Origin: Cyclobacteriaceae bacterium
GTDB lineage: Bacteria > Bacteroidota > Bacteroidia > Cytophagales > Cyclobacteriaceae
Direction of reading: 5' to 3'
Length of the DNA: 64,000 nt
NCBI GenBank assembly: GCA_947458475.1
Contig: CANGZP010000004.1
Location: forward strand, 2,947-66,946
Below, in pieces: positions 40,021 to 49,986 of the stretch. A model generated the notes under the pieces. It worked only from the letters and a program-made list of their open reading frames with translations. It did not search any database and had not been told where the DNA came from. The translations under genes and the position numbers were made by a program. Positions within the stretch are counted from its first letter, which is position 1. Each line of letters opens with the position of its first letter.

Positions 40021-41397
40021 TCAGTTTCGAATTCGCCATTCCTTGGGATAATAGTTGTTTACCCGCTTACCCAAATTCTTGATCCATCCCAAAGGGAGGT
40101 TTTGGTAGGTAAGGAGCACCCATCCCAAGGGGAGATTGGAAAATGACTGCTCTTTTTTCCGAAGAAAATCCAAGGCTTCTTCCGCATAGAGCTCCTGCTG
40201 AGGAAACCCAATCTTAGGAAGGGTAGACAGTGCCCATTCGTGACTTGGAATCCATACCTTTCCCTGTTTTTTGCCCAGCTCTACGCCAAAATACCGGACA
40301 CTCAGGACTTGGGCTAATTTTTCTACCGCTCGAGCATAGCTTCCATTTATTCGGAAGTAAGCCTCTTGCAAGAGGTAAAATTTCCCGGACCCATCCCCGC
40401 CTACCTCTTGTTCGAGTACTTCCGACTCCTTTTCTCCCAGACGCTTGAGGCTATGGTGTTTGAATTCTTTGGTTGTTGGAGCCTCTTGAGTATAAGCTCC
40501 CTCAGGTCTTCGCAATACCGTAATGAAGAACCCTTCTCCCGCTACCTTGTGTGGAAAAAAACGGTAGCCATAAAAGGTGCCTTCTTCGGTATTAACTTCA
40601 GTTTCCACGATGCCCCAACTGGGATCTAAGGGAATTCGTACGGGTTCAAAGGAAAATTCTTCGGTTAAAAAGCGAAGGATCTCTTCATTTTCTTTTTCAT
40701 TGAAGGTGCAGGTGGAGTAGAGCAAGTAGCCTCCTCCCTTAACCAATTCTCCGGCCTTGTCCACAATGCGCTTTTGTCGGGCCGAACACAAGTTGACGTG
40801 GTCCGGTGACCATTCAGCTCTAGCTTGTGGATCCTTGCGAAACATGCCTTCGCCAGAACAGGGAGCATCTACCAACACCAAGTCAAAAAATCCCTCTAAA
40901 GGGCCGAAGTGCTCTGGATCATTGTTGGTAACGACCGTGTTGCCAAGCCCCCACTTGATCAGGTTTTCTTTTAAAATTTGAGCACGTGCCGCAATCACTT
41001 CATTTGCTACAAGCAAACCTTCTTCTCCCAAATAGCTGGACAACAAGGTGCTTTTTCCTCCTGGAGCGGCTGCTAGATCGAGGTAGACTCCCTTGGGAAT
41101 TTGTTGTGATTCAAGTACATGAGAGATAAACATGGACGAAGCCTCCTGCACATAGTAAGCTCCTGCATGAAAGTTTGGGTCTCCTGTGAAGCTTGGTCTT
41201 TCCTCTAAAAAATACCCGTCTTTGGCCCAGGGAATGGGCCGCTTCGAAAAGGAGATGTCCGCTGGTTTCATCCGGTTGACCCGGATGGAGGTTTGCGTAG
41301 GTCGCTCCAAGCCTTCCTTAAATAGGGCAAACTCTGCAGGCCCGAGTAGCGCCTGCATTTGCGATTCAAAAGCCTCGGGAAGTTGATTTTCGGCCAT
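40021..41397 (-). CDS. RsmF/NOL1-NOP2 family rRNA m5C methyltransferase
   Basis: QEASSM, AAPGGKS, DAPCSGEG, YSTCT. Confidence 0.9.
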   Translation of the reverse strand: MAENQLPEAFESQMQALLGPAEFALFKEGLERPTQTSIRVNRMKPADISFSKRPIPWAKDGYFLEERPSFTGDPNFHAGAYYVQEASSMFISHVLESQQIPKGVYLDLAAAPGGKSTLLSSYLGEEGLLVANEVIAARAQILKENLIKWGLGNTVVTNNDPEHFGPLEGFFDLVLVDAPCSGEGMFRKDPQARAEWSPDHVNLCSARQKRIVDKAGELVKGGGYLLYSTCTFNEKENEEILRFLTEEFSFEPVRIPLDPSWGIVETEVNTEEGTFYGYRFFPHKVAGEGFFITVLRRPEGAYTQEAPTTKEFKHHSLKRLGEKESEVLEQEVGGDGSGKFYLLQEAYFRINGSYARAVEKLAQVLSVRYFGVELGKKQGKVWIPSHEWALSTLPKIGFPQQELYAEEALDFLRKKEQSFSNLPLGWVLLTYQNLPLGWIKNLGKRVNNYYPKEWRIRN

Positions 41398-41474
41398 CTG
41401 ACAAATATACGGAATCTAGTATCGGTCTTGGGTGGACTGCACTAAATTCGATTCTGATCCCCTGAATTTAGAAA

Positions 41475-43004
41475 TTAGGAATCGTCATCCTCGTCTTCAA
41501 ACTCATCGTCCTCTTCAGCCCCCATTTCAAACATGGAGCTGAATAGGTCTTTAAATTTGAGCCCAGTGTCGAGCATTTTTTTGCTGAGCTGTGAATATTC
41601 TGCCAAGCCATGGAGCGCAAACTCCATAAAGAATTCCTTTTCTTTTTCGGGAACGGACTTTACCAATTGTGTCACCACTTCCTCCAACCCAGGTACGCCG
41701 TGCAGTCCGCTTTTGTAGGTCTTGTCGCTGAGGTCACTTAAGAGGTCCAGCTCATTGCCTTCTCCAAACCAGGCCAATGGAATCACATAAGGATTGCCGG
41801 TCTTTTCTTTTTTCTTTTGCTCGGGAGATGGGAAGTATTCCACAAATTGACTGCGAATCGCTTTACCGATCAGGTTGTAGGCCACCAATCCAGCGCCTTC
41901 TTGTTCTCCTTCGTAGACAAGCTCCACCTTTCCGGTTATGGCCGGAATAACTCCAATCAAATCTGATATCCGAATGACTGTAGTGGATTCATTGTTTCGA
42001 TACATCCTTCGCTCTGCGGCGGAAATCAAATTTTCGTAAGCAGAAATGGTCAAGCGAGCAGACACCCCGCTTTTCTCATCCACAAACTCGGAATGACGTG
42101 CTTCGACCGCAATCTGTTCGATCAGGTCTTTCATCAATTCCGGCACATGAATGTGTGCGACGGGCTTTCCTTCAAGCCGAGCTTCCTGTCCCGTGATTTT
42201 TTTGCCGATGGCAATGGACTTGGGGTAGTGCGTGATGATTTGGCTTTCGATTCGGTCCTTGAGCGGCGTCACGATGCTGCCTCGGTTGGTGTAGTCTTCT
42301 GGGTTGGCCGTGAAGATAAACTGGATGTCCAAGGGCAAACGCAATTTAAACCCACGAATCTGGATATCCCCTTCTTGCAAAATATTGAATAGCGCAACCT
42401 GTATTCTTGCTTGGAGATCGGGCAGTTCGTTGATTACAAAAATGCAGCGATGGGAACGAGGAACTAAGCCGTAGTGGATTACTCGTTCGTCGTTGTAATT
42501 TAGTTTGAGCGTGGCCGCCTTGATGGGATCTACATCGCCGATTAAGTCTGCTACGGATACATCTGGGGTCGCTAATTTTTCTGCATAGCGCTCGGAGCGT
42601 GGCAACCAGGAAATAAGGCAGTCGTCGCCTTTTTCTTCAATCAAGTTTTTGGCAAAAGTGGAAAGAGGAAGCAGAGGATCTTCATTGAGTTCCGAACCGA
42701 AGAGAACAGGCACATATTCATCTAAAAGCAGCGTCATCATCCGTGCAATTCGGGTTTTGGCCTGTCCACGAAGTCCAAGCAAGTTGATGTTGTGTCGGGA
42801 AAGAATCGCCCGCTCAATGTCGGGAATGACGGTGTCTTCGTAGCCCCAAACGCCTTCAAATACGTTTTCCTTTGCCTTGATCTTCTCGATTAGGTTCGTC
42901 CGAAGTTCCTCCTTGATGGACTTCGGGCTGTAGCCTGAAGCCTTCAGTTGGCCAAGGGTCTTGATTTGAAGGAGCTGCTCTCCTTTAAGTTGTGCGTAAT
43001 CCAT
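41475..43004 (-). CDS. AAA+ ATPase, Mg-chelatase-like (start moved to ATG 43004)
   Basis: Variant Walker A GLRGQAKT; variant Walker B FVINE; TANPED. Confidence 0.8.
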   Translation of the reverse strand: MDYAQLKGEQLLQIKTLGQLKASGYSPKSIKEELRTNLIEKIKAKENVFEGVWGYEDTVIPDIERAILSRHNINLLGLRGQAKTRIARMMTLLLDEYVPVLFGSELNEDPLLPLSTFAKNLIEEKGDDCLISWLPRSERYAEKLATPDVSVADLIGDVDPIKAATLKLNYNDERVIHYGLVPRSHRCIFVINELPDLQARIQVALFNILQEGDIQIRGFKLRLPLDIQFIFTANPEDYTNRGSIVTPLKDRIESQIITHYPKSIAIGKKITGQEARLEGKPVAHIHVPELMKDLIEQIAVEARHSEFVDEKSGVSARLTISAYENLISAAERRMYRNNESTTVIRISDLIGVIPAITGKVELVYEGEQEGAGLVAYNLIGKAIRSQFVEYFPSPEQKKKEKTGNPYVIPLAWFGEGNELDLLSDLSDKTYKSGLHGVPGLEEVVTQLVKSVPEKEKEFFMEFALHGLAEYSQLSKKMLDTGLKFKDLFSSMFEMGAEEDDEFEDEDDDS

Positions 43005-43005
43005 G

Positions 43006-44106
43006 CTAAAAGCGTTTGGTTCGGTTTCGTCTGTAGTCCTCAAAAATTAAATTTCCTAGCCCTTTCAAGCTGCTGTAATACGCATTGCCATTGTTGACTT
43101 GCGTAAATTCTTTGACAAACTCTTTGAGGTAAGGGTCTGAGGCAATCATAAAGGTGGTGACTGGTATTTTTAGCTTCCGACATTGGGCTGCGAGCTTGAG
43201 GGTTTCTGCCAAAATCTTGCTGTCAATGCCAAAGGCATTTTTGTAGTACTTGATGCCCACTTTCAAGCAAGTAGGCTTGCCATCGGTGATCATGAAAATC
43301 TGCTTGTTTGGGTTTTTTCTTCTACGCAATAAATCCATGGCGAGCTCCAAACCTGCCACCGTATTTGTGTGGTAGGGACCCACTTGCAGGTAAGGCAAAT
43401 CTTTGATTTCAATCTGCCAGGCATCGTTTCCAAAGACAATGATGTCTAGCGTATCTTTTGGGTAGCGGGTTTTGATTAGTTCGGCCAAGGCCATCGCCAC
43501 CTTCTTTGCTGGGGTAATGCGGTCCTCTCCATACAAGATCATGGAGTGGGAAATGTCAATCATCAACACCGTGGAGGTTTGGGTGCGCTGCTCATTTTCC
43601 ACCACTTCCAAGTCATCCTCAGTCAATAGAAAATCGCCTCCAATGCCCCGGTTTGCCTGTGCATTGCGAAGTGAATCGGTCAGTGCGATTTGATCTAGGT
43701 TATCTCCAAATTCATAGGCGCGTCGCTCGCTTCCTTGATCTTCTCCAGGGCCAGAAATTTGGGTTCGGTGCTGCCCAGACTTGCTTTTTTTCAGTTTCCC
43801 GAAAATTTCTTCCAAAGCACTTTTTCGGATGGTTTGCTCTGCTTTACCGGTGATTTCAAATCTGCCTTGCTGATTTTCCTCGCTGAGGTATCCCTTGGAT
43901 TTGAGGTCTTCAATGAAGTTGCCGATGCCATAGTCGGGACTAGTTAGCTGGTAGCGTTTGTCCAGGTTGGTCAACCAACTCAGCGCTTCGGCTACATCTC
44001 CACCTGTCATGGTGGCGAGCTGCAAAAAAATATCCAATAGGCTATCGAACCGATTCTTTTCTGGATCGAGTGTGGGGATAAATTTTGTAAATCGGAACCC
44101 TTTCAT
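43006..44106 (-). CDS. VWA-domain protein (start moved to ATG 44106)
   Basis: MIDAS DISHS; TNT; ITDG. Confidence 0.85.
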   Translation of the reverse strand: MKGFRFTKFIPTLDPEKNRFDSLLDIFLQLATMTGGDVAEALSWLTNLDKRYQLTSPDYGIGNFIEDLKSKGYLSEENQQGRFEITGKAEQTIRKSALEEIFGKLKKSKSGQHRTQISGPGEDQGSERRAYEFGDNLDQIALTDSLRNAQANRGIGGDFLLTEDDLEVVENEQRTQTSTVLMIDISHSMILYGEDRITPAKKVAMALAELIKTRYPKDTLDIIVFGNDAWQIEIKDLPYLQVGPYHTNTVAGLELAMDLLRRRKNPNKQIFMITDGKPTCLKVGIKYYKNAFGIDSKILAETLKLAAQCRKLKIPVTTFMIASDPYLKEFVKEFTQVNNGNAYYSSLKGLGNLIFEDYRRNRTKRF

Positions 44107-44353
44107 GGATAGCAATGGGATAAACCAGCTTCCCAAAAATAGGGATGACTGGCAGTTGCGAAAGTACAACACGCAATCAGGCCTAGGAGTTTTGCTTTGG
44201 AAAAAATTTAAGCAAAAAACAGGTTCTTTCCCCAGGGGCCTGATTCAGATTTCATTTCTTCAGGGACTTTGTGGGGTGGTAGTTGTGAAGCAACCGTACT
44301 CGTACGGATCTTTTTAGCAAAAAAAGAGGAAATCTCCCTATTTTCGACTCGAG

Positions 44354-45301
44354 ATGACTGCTGCCGACCGACACGCCCAATGGATCAAATCCACAGCCAA
44401 GCGCTTGGGCTTTGACTTTTGTGGAATCGCAAAAGCAGATTTTTTGGCTGAAGAAGCACCCAAATTGGAAGAATGGTTGCGCAGAGACTACCAAGGCCGC
44501 ATGGGCTATCTCGCCAATCATTTTGATAAGCGCCTCGATCCACGAAAATTGGTGGAAGGAGCGAAGACAGTCGTGTCCTTGGTGTACAATTACTTCCCAG
44601 AACAAGCCCTCCCAGAAGGGAATGAAAACATCAAGTTGGCCAAATATGCCTATGGGAAAGATTACCATGACGTCATTCAGGAAAAGCTCCGAGAGTTTTT
44701 GACTTGTCTTCGGGAGGAGATTGGGGAAATCAATGGTCGTAGTTTTGTGGATTCCGCACCGATTTTGGAGCGGCAATGGGCACAACGTGCGGGTTTAGGC
44801 TGGATCGGTAAAAATAGCCTTCTCCTCAATCGTTCCATGGGAAGTTTCTTCTTTTTGGCTGAGCTGGTGATTGATCTGGAGGCAAGCCCAGACCTTCCCA
44901 TCGCCAAAGACTATTGTGGCACGTGCACAGCTTGTATGGATGCCTGCCCTACGGAGGCGATTGTGGCACCGGGCGTAGTGGACGGCTCCCGCTGCATTTC
45001 CTACCTCACGATCGAGCTGAAGGACGCCATCCCCAATACCTTTGCAGGGAAGATGGACAATTGGGTGTTTGGCTGTGATGTTTGTCAGGATGTCTGCCCT
45101 TGGAATCGTTTTTCAAAACCGCATCAGGAGCCTGCTTTCACACCTTCATCGGACTTGGAAGCCTTGGCAGCACAGGATTGGAAAGAACTCACTGAAGAAA
45201 CCTTCAAACGGGTATTTACCGGTTCGGCCGTCACCCGCACCAAGCTGAAAGGGATCACCCGCAATCTGGAATTTTTATCTCTTGATAAGTCTGCTGACTA
45301 A
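44354..45301 (+). CDS. queG: Epoxyqueuosine reductase
   Basis: YAYGKDYH, VDSAP, GWIGKN, CGTCTACMDACP, GCDVCQDVCPWN. Confidence 0.95.
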   Translation: MTAADRHAQWIKSTAKRLGFDFCGIAKADFLAEEAPKLEEWLRRDYQGRMGYLANHFDKRLDPRKLVEGAKTVVSLVYNYFPEQALPEGNENIKLAKYAYGKDYHDVIQEKLREFLTCLREEIGEINGRSFVDSAPILERQWAQRAGLGWIGKNSLLLNRSMGSFFFLAELVIDLEASPDLPIAKDYCGTCTACMDACPTEAIVAPGVVDGSRCISYLTIELKDAIPNTFAGKMDNWVFGCDVCQDVCPWNRFSKPHQEPAFTPSSDLEALAAQDWKELTEETFKRVFTGSAVTRTKLKGITRNLEFLSLDKSAD

Positions 45302-45511
45302 GAAATTAGTCAAAACGACTCCCAAATTTTCCTGATTTTTGCTCACATCTGAAGAAGAAGCTCACGTATTCGCCGCGGTGGAGTGCTCCTTGCTTTTGCT
45401 TCAGCAGGGTTTGGTTTTAATTTCCGTTTGGTGCAAAAATGCCCGTTTTCACACCTCAATTTCGCAACCTTTTCTCCCCAATTTTGGTTTCTATTGTACT
45501 ATATTTGCGGC

Positions 45512-47035
45512 ATGAATAAGAACGTTTTATTGATGATTTTAGATGGTTGGGGATTAGCTACCAACCCTGCGGTTTCTGCCATCGACAAGGCCAATACCCC
45601 TTTTGTGGACAGCTTATTCAAGACTTATCCACATTCCAAGCTAGAGGCCTCAGGGCTTGCAGTAGGATTGCCTGAAGGTCAAATGGGCAATTCGGAAGTA
45701 GGTCACATGAACATTGGAGCGGGAAGGGTCGTCTACCAAGATTTGGTAAAAATTAATCTGGCGGTTCAGCAAGGCGAACTTCTCACCCATCCTGTGTTGA
45801 GCGCGGCCTTTGCTAGAGCCAAAGCAGGAAATAAAAAAGTGCATTTTTTGGGATTGGTGTCAGATGGAGGCGTGCATGCACACATCGAGCACCTCAAAGG
45901 CTTGTGTGACGCTGCCAAACACCACGGGATGGAAGAGGTGTTTATCCATGCCTTTACCGATGGTCGTGACACCGACCCCAAGGGGGGATTGGGATATTTA
46001 GGAGATGTACAAAACCATTTACAGCATTCAGCAGGAAAAATTGCTTCGGTGATTGGGCGCTATTATGCCATGGATCGAGACAACCGATGGGAGCGTGTAA
46101 AGCTTGCCTACGACGCCATGGTTCATGGTGAAGGAGAAAAATCGAAAGACATCCTTGCTTCCATCAAGAAGTCTTACAGCAACAATGTCACAGACGAATT
46201 TATCCGCCCCATCATTCAGGTGGGCACGGACAACAAGCCTTTAGCCACTATTCAAGAAGGGGACATGGTCCTCTGTTTCAATTTCCGAACCGATCGCGGA
46301 AGAGAGATCACACAGGCACTCAGTCAACGCGATTTTGTGGATTTTAACATGAAGAAGTTGAACTTGGACTACTTGACCCTCACGACTTATGACGAGACTT
46401 TTACAGGGGTGCAGGTCTTGTTTGAAAAGGATAAGCTCAACAATACCCTTGGGGAGGTTTTGGAAAAGGCAGGAAAAAAACAAATCCGCATTGCGGAAAC
46501 AGAGAAATACCCACACGTGACCTTTTTCTTCTCTGGAGGGAGAGAAAAAGAGTTTGTAGGCGAAAGCAGAATCCTTTGCCCTTCACCTAAGGTTGCTACC
46601 TATGACTTGCAGCCTGAAATGAGTGCAGGAGAAATTGCCTCAAAAATTACCAAAGAGTTGGAAAAGAAAAGTGCCAACTTCATTTGCCTTAATTTTGCGA
46701 ATGCGGATATGGTGGGCCATACTGGAGATTTTGATGCCGCAGTAAAAGCCTGCGAAGCGGTAGATGCTTCGGCTGAACAAGTAGTCAAGGCGGCTATCGC
46801 CAATGACTACACTGTGCTGGTGATTGCGGACCATGGCAACTCAGACGTGATGATTAATGAGGACGGTTCACCAAACACGGCGCATACCACCAACTTGGTG
46901 CCTCTCATTGTGGTGGACAAACATCAGTTTATGGTGAAAGACGGGAAATTAGGTGATTTAGCACCTACGATTCTTCAGTTGATGGGGGTAGGTATTCCCG
47001 AAGAAATGACAGGAGAACTGCTTATTGACCTATGA
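45512..47035 (+). CDS. gpmI: 2,3-BPG-independent phosphoglycerate mutase (start moved to ATG 45512)
   Basis: ILDGWG, GNSEVGH, AETEKY, DMVGH, ADHGN. Confidence 0.96.
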   Translation: MNKNVLLMILDGWGLATNPAVSAIDKANTPFVDSLFKTYPHSKLEASGLAVGLPEGQMGNSEVGHMNIGAGRVVYQDLVKINLAVQQGELLTHPVLSAAFARAKAGNKKVHFLGLVSDGGVHAHIEHLKGLCDAAKHHGMEEVFIHAFTDGRDTDPKGGLGYLGDVQNHLQHSAGKIASVIGRYYAMDRDNRWERVKLAYDAMVHGEGEKSKDILASIKKSYSNNVTDEFIRPIIQVGTDNKPLATIQEGDMVLCFNFRTDRGREITQALSQRDFVDFNMKKLNLDYLTLTTYDETFTGVQVLFEKDKLNNTLGEVLEKAGKKQIRIAETEKYPHVTFFFSGGREKEFVGESRILCPSPKVATYDLQPEMSAGEIASKITKELEKKSANFICLNFANADMVGHTGDFDAAVKACEAVDASAEQVVKAAIANDYTVLVIADHGNSDVMINEDGSPNTAHTTNLVPLIVVDKHQFMVKDGKLGDLAPTILQLMGVGIPEEMTGELLIDL

Positions 47036-47586
47036 AAATCAAACTATACCTCAGCTTTCTTCTTTTAGGAGCAGTTCTTTCTTGTGCTCCAACTAAAGAA
47101 GAACCTGTACTTGACAAACTTCCTTATTTTGATTTAAAAGGCTTTATTGATTTGGAAATCAATGAATTGGAAGGAGACTCTGTACTCAAAATTTCTGAAA
47201 TTAATGGGGAAAAGCAGACCCAGGATTTACGGTATACGGCCAAAGACTGGAAGGAGGAATTTGCCTCATTCTATCAAGCAGATATCAATGTTCCTTCTCT
47301 CGTCACTGCGTATGGCACCCGGACTACCCCAGACCAACTGATTCATGAGTTGCTTCCTGAGGCAAAAGGAAAAGTGAAAGAAATTACCATACGCTATGTG
47401 CAAAATTATCCTGCTTGGGTTACGTTTAGGCTGAAGGATGAAAACATGTTTTACCAAAGCACGACTCTAGGGGAACTTTTTATGAATCAGGCTACGGGAA
47501 AAATAGACCAATACAAGCTGGAGACTACTCAGAAAGTTCTATTTCTATCTCCTACACACATCAAAATCTCTGGAGTAATCCACTAA
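47032..47586 (+). CDS. Hypothetical lipoprotein
   Basis: Lipobox VLSC; 4-bp overlap with gpmI. Confidence 0.7.
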   Translation: MKIKLYLSFLLLGAVLSCAPTKEEPVLDKLPYFDLKGFIDLEINELEGDSVLKISEINGEKQTQDLRYTAKDWKEEFASFYQADINVPSLVTAYGTRTTPDQLIHELLPEAKGKVKEITIRYVQNYPAWVTFRLKDENMFYQSTTLGELFMNQATGKIDQYKLETTQKVLFLSPTHIKISGVIH

Positions 47587-47594
47587 AAAAGAAG

Positions 47595-47627
47595 GAGGCC
47601 CCGCAAAAGCGCGGGGCCTCTTGTTTT
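47595..47627. terminator. Terminator between convergent genes
   Basis: GAGGCCCCGC-AAAAGC-GCGGGGCCTC then TTGTTTT. Confidence 0.8.
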
Positions 47628-47682
47628 GAACAGGAGGGTTAATTTCTCTGCTGAGCCACCTCAATTTTTAAAACAGGAAATC

Positions 47683-49362
47683 TTATTTCGCAAATAGTGG
47701 AGGGCGTTTGGCTTGCCAATCGGAATTTTCCTGAATCAAACGTCCAACCATGATTAATTTTTCTTCCTCAAATAGGTTGGACAGTAAGGTAATCGAAGTT
47801 GGACTGCCATTCGCGCCAAATCCATTGGGAAGGCACAAGGCTGGATGACCTGTAAGGTTGGTGATCTGAAGCTGCTGCCCTGCAAAGGATGGTGTAACGA
47901 TCACATCGTATTGCTTCATTATCGCATGCATTTCTTCAATCAATATACTTCGCTGACGGCTCATTTGGATGTATTCCACAGCTGGGATAAATCGCGCAGC
48001 TCTGAAGACATTTGGCCAAGCGCTTTTGTGTTGTGCCACGAGTTGGTCGTCAAGGCCTAGGCGGGTAAGGTCATCAAATGCGGCAGCACCTTCCACCAAT
48101 AGCATGGATACCAAAGGTGCGGCATTGATGCTCGTTTTCAGTTCTACGGGGTGAAGGGTAATCCCTTGGTTTTTCAAGAGTTCTAGGACGGCACGGTCAT
48201 TTTCGATACCTGCCCGATTTCCCTCAAAAAAGGAACTGAAATACCCGATTTTTAACTTTTTAACCTCCTTTTTCGCTGAATAATTGAATGCTGCAGGAAT
48301 GGTGGCCGGATCTTTGGTGTCGCTGCCATTCAGTACTGAAAGGACAATCGCATTGTCCAATGCAGATCGGGAAATTGGCCCCACTTTGTCCATAGACCAG
48401 CTGAGGGCCATGGCGCCATGTCTACTGATTCGCCCAAAAGTGGGACGAAGCCCGGTTACGCCATTGCGCGTGGAAGGAGATACGATGGAACCGAGGGTTT
48501 CGGTACCGATGGCAAAAGGTACCAATCCAGCGCTCACCGCAGAAGCAGATCCTGCCGAGGACCCACTTGATCCTTGCTTCAGATTCCAGGGATTTTTAGT
48601 TACTCCTCCAAACCATACATCGCCCATAGCCAAGGCCCCAAGCGTGAATTTCCCAACGAGCACCCCACCTGCTTGTTCCAATTTGGTGACGATGGTGGCG
48701 GTTTCATTGATTACTTGGTCCTTGTAAGGGTCAGCACCCCAGGTGGTTTTTGTACCTGGTACGGCAAATAAATCCTTGATGCCGTAAGGAATTCCATGGA
48801 GTGGACCACGGTATTTGCCTGCAGCGAGTTCTTTGTCAAGAGCTCTTGCTTGGGTGAGGGCCTCCTCTTCTAGGAGGGTCACGAGGCAGGCGAGGGTATC
48901 GGAATGAGTTTTGATTCGTTGCAGATAAAGTTGCGTCAGTCGCTCTGAAGTCACTTGACGTGATTTGATCAATACGGCAAGCTGGTGAATAGGCATAAAC
49001 GCCAGATCCACATCCGATGTAGGGAGTGCTACCTTGGCGGGCAGCCCCCAATCGATAGCAGCTTGTTCCTGGCTTGGATAAAACCCTTGTGGGAGGGGAT
49101 TGAACACCAAGGCGGGCCCAACGGAATTGTCGAGGGTTGTTTTGCGCATCAACTCAAAATTGGTTCGATGGGTGGTCAAGGTGCCAATCATGCTGTCCTT
49201 TTCTTGTGGGGTAAAGGAAAGGCCGATCAAATCAGCCGCCCCATCAATTGATAGGGGAGTGATTTCTCCGCTGTTTCTGCCAATGCCAAAGCCCAAAGCC
49301 GAGAAAATCGCTGCGCCAAGAAAAAGAAAAGCGAAGGAAGGGAGATTGTTTTTTCGATTCAT
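47683..49362 (-). CDS. Amidase-signature family enzyme with N-terminal membrane/signal segment
   Basis: YGIKD, GSSGSSAGS, GTETLGSI. Confidence 0.88.
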   Translation of the reverse strand: MNRKNNLPSFAFLFLGAAIFSALGFGIGRNSGEITPLSIDGAADLIGLSFTPQEKDSMIGTLTTHRTNFELMRKTTLDNSVGPALVFNPLPQGFYPSQEQAAIDWGLPAKVALPTSDVDLAFMPIHQLAVLIKSRQVTSERLTQLYLQRIKTHSDTLACLVTLLEEEALTQARALDKELAAGKYRGPLHGIPYGIKDLFAVPGTKTTWGADPYKDQVINETATIVTKLEQAGGVLVGKFTLGALAMGDVWFGGVTKNPWNLKQGSSGSSAGSASAVSAGLVPFAIGTETLGSIVSPSTRNGVTGLRPTFGRISRHGAMALSWSMDKVGPISRSALDNAIVLSVLNGSDTKDPATIPAAFNYSAKKEVKKLKIGYFSSFFEGNRAGIENDRAVLELLKNQGITLHPVELKTSINAAPLVSMLLVEGAAAFDDLTRLGLDDQLVAQHKSAWPNVFRAARFIPAVEYIQMSRQRSILIEEMHAIMKQYDVIVTPSFAGQQLQITNLTGHPALCLPNGFGANGSPTSITLLSNLFEEEKLIMVGRLIQENSDWQAKRPPLFAK

Positions 49363-49436
49363 TAGATAGTTTTGTAAACGCCTCAAACTTGTTTCACCTC
49401 AAGGTGTTCATTTCGCATTACAAAATCAACCCTTCC

Positions 49437-49880
49437 ATGGATCAAGCTTCAAATTTCCCCAAGTTCCCGATGCATTACCGAGGCCTACTGTTGTTGGCTG
49501 GTATGTATACCATCGCTTGGTCTGCCTTTTATGTTTATTTTGGGGAGACACTAGTCAACTGGATGGCAATGGGGCTTGTTCCTACAACTACCCTTCCCAG
49601 CTACTTTTTTGGGATCTTTGGGATGGCAGTGGGTCTGGTGATTTTTTTTGCTGCCTTTTATCCGGTTTCCTGGGTCTGGTTGATTTTAATTGGAATTTCA
49701 GGCAAAATCATTTTGGCGGCCTGGTTCACCTTGGGCTTTGCCCCCGAACTAGGCTGGAACAAGCGTTCAATTTTTCATTTGGTGTTTAACGAGTTACTCT
49801 GGTTGATTCCCTTGACTCTTATTTTCTTACGAAGCCTTCAAGTAAGAAATTACCTGAAGGAGCTAGAGAAAGAAGATTGA
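49437..49880 (+). CDS. Hypothetical 4-TM membrane protein
   Basis: Hydrophobic ORF filling the gap; start uncertain. Confidence 0.65.
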   Translation: MDQASNFPKFPMHYRGLLLLAGMYTIAWSAFYVYFGETLVNWMAMGLVPTTTLPSYFFGIFGMAVGLVIFFAAFYPVSWVWLILIGISGKIILAAWFTLGFAPELGWNKRSIFHLVFNELLWLIPLTLIFLRSLQVRNYLKELEKED

Positions 49881-49986
49881 CTTAGCTTGTCTGAATTTGT
49901 AAATCCTTACGCGGATTTGACCGGATTCCCCTACGGAAAAGTTGTATCTTAGTATGTCGGATTATTTCCCCCAACCAATTGTTCGA

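Noticed and set aside
41475-43004. Photosynthetic magnesium chelatase
   Set aside because: No bch/chl genes or H subunit in the window; only fold-level similarity.
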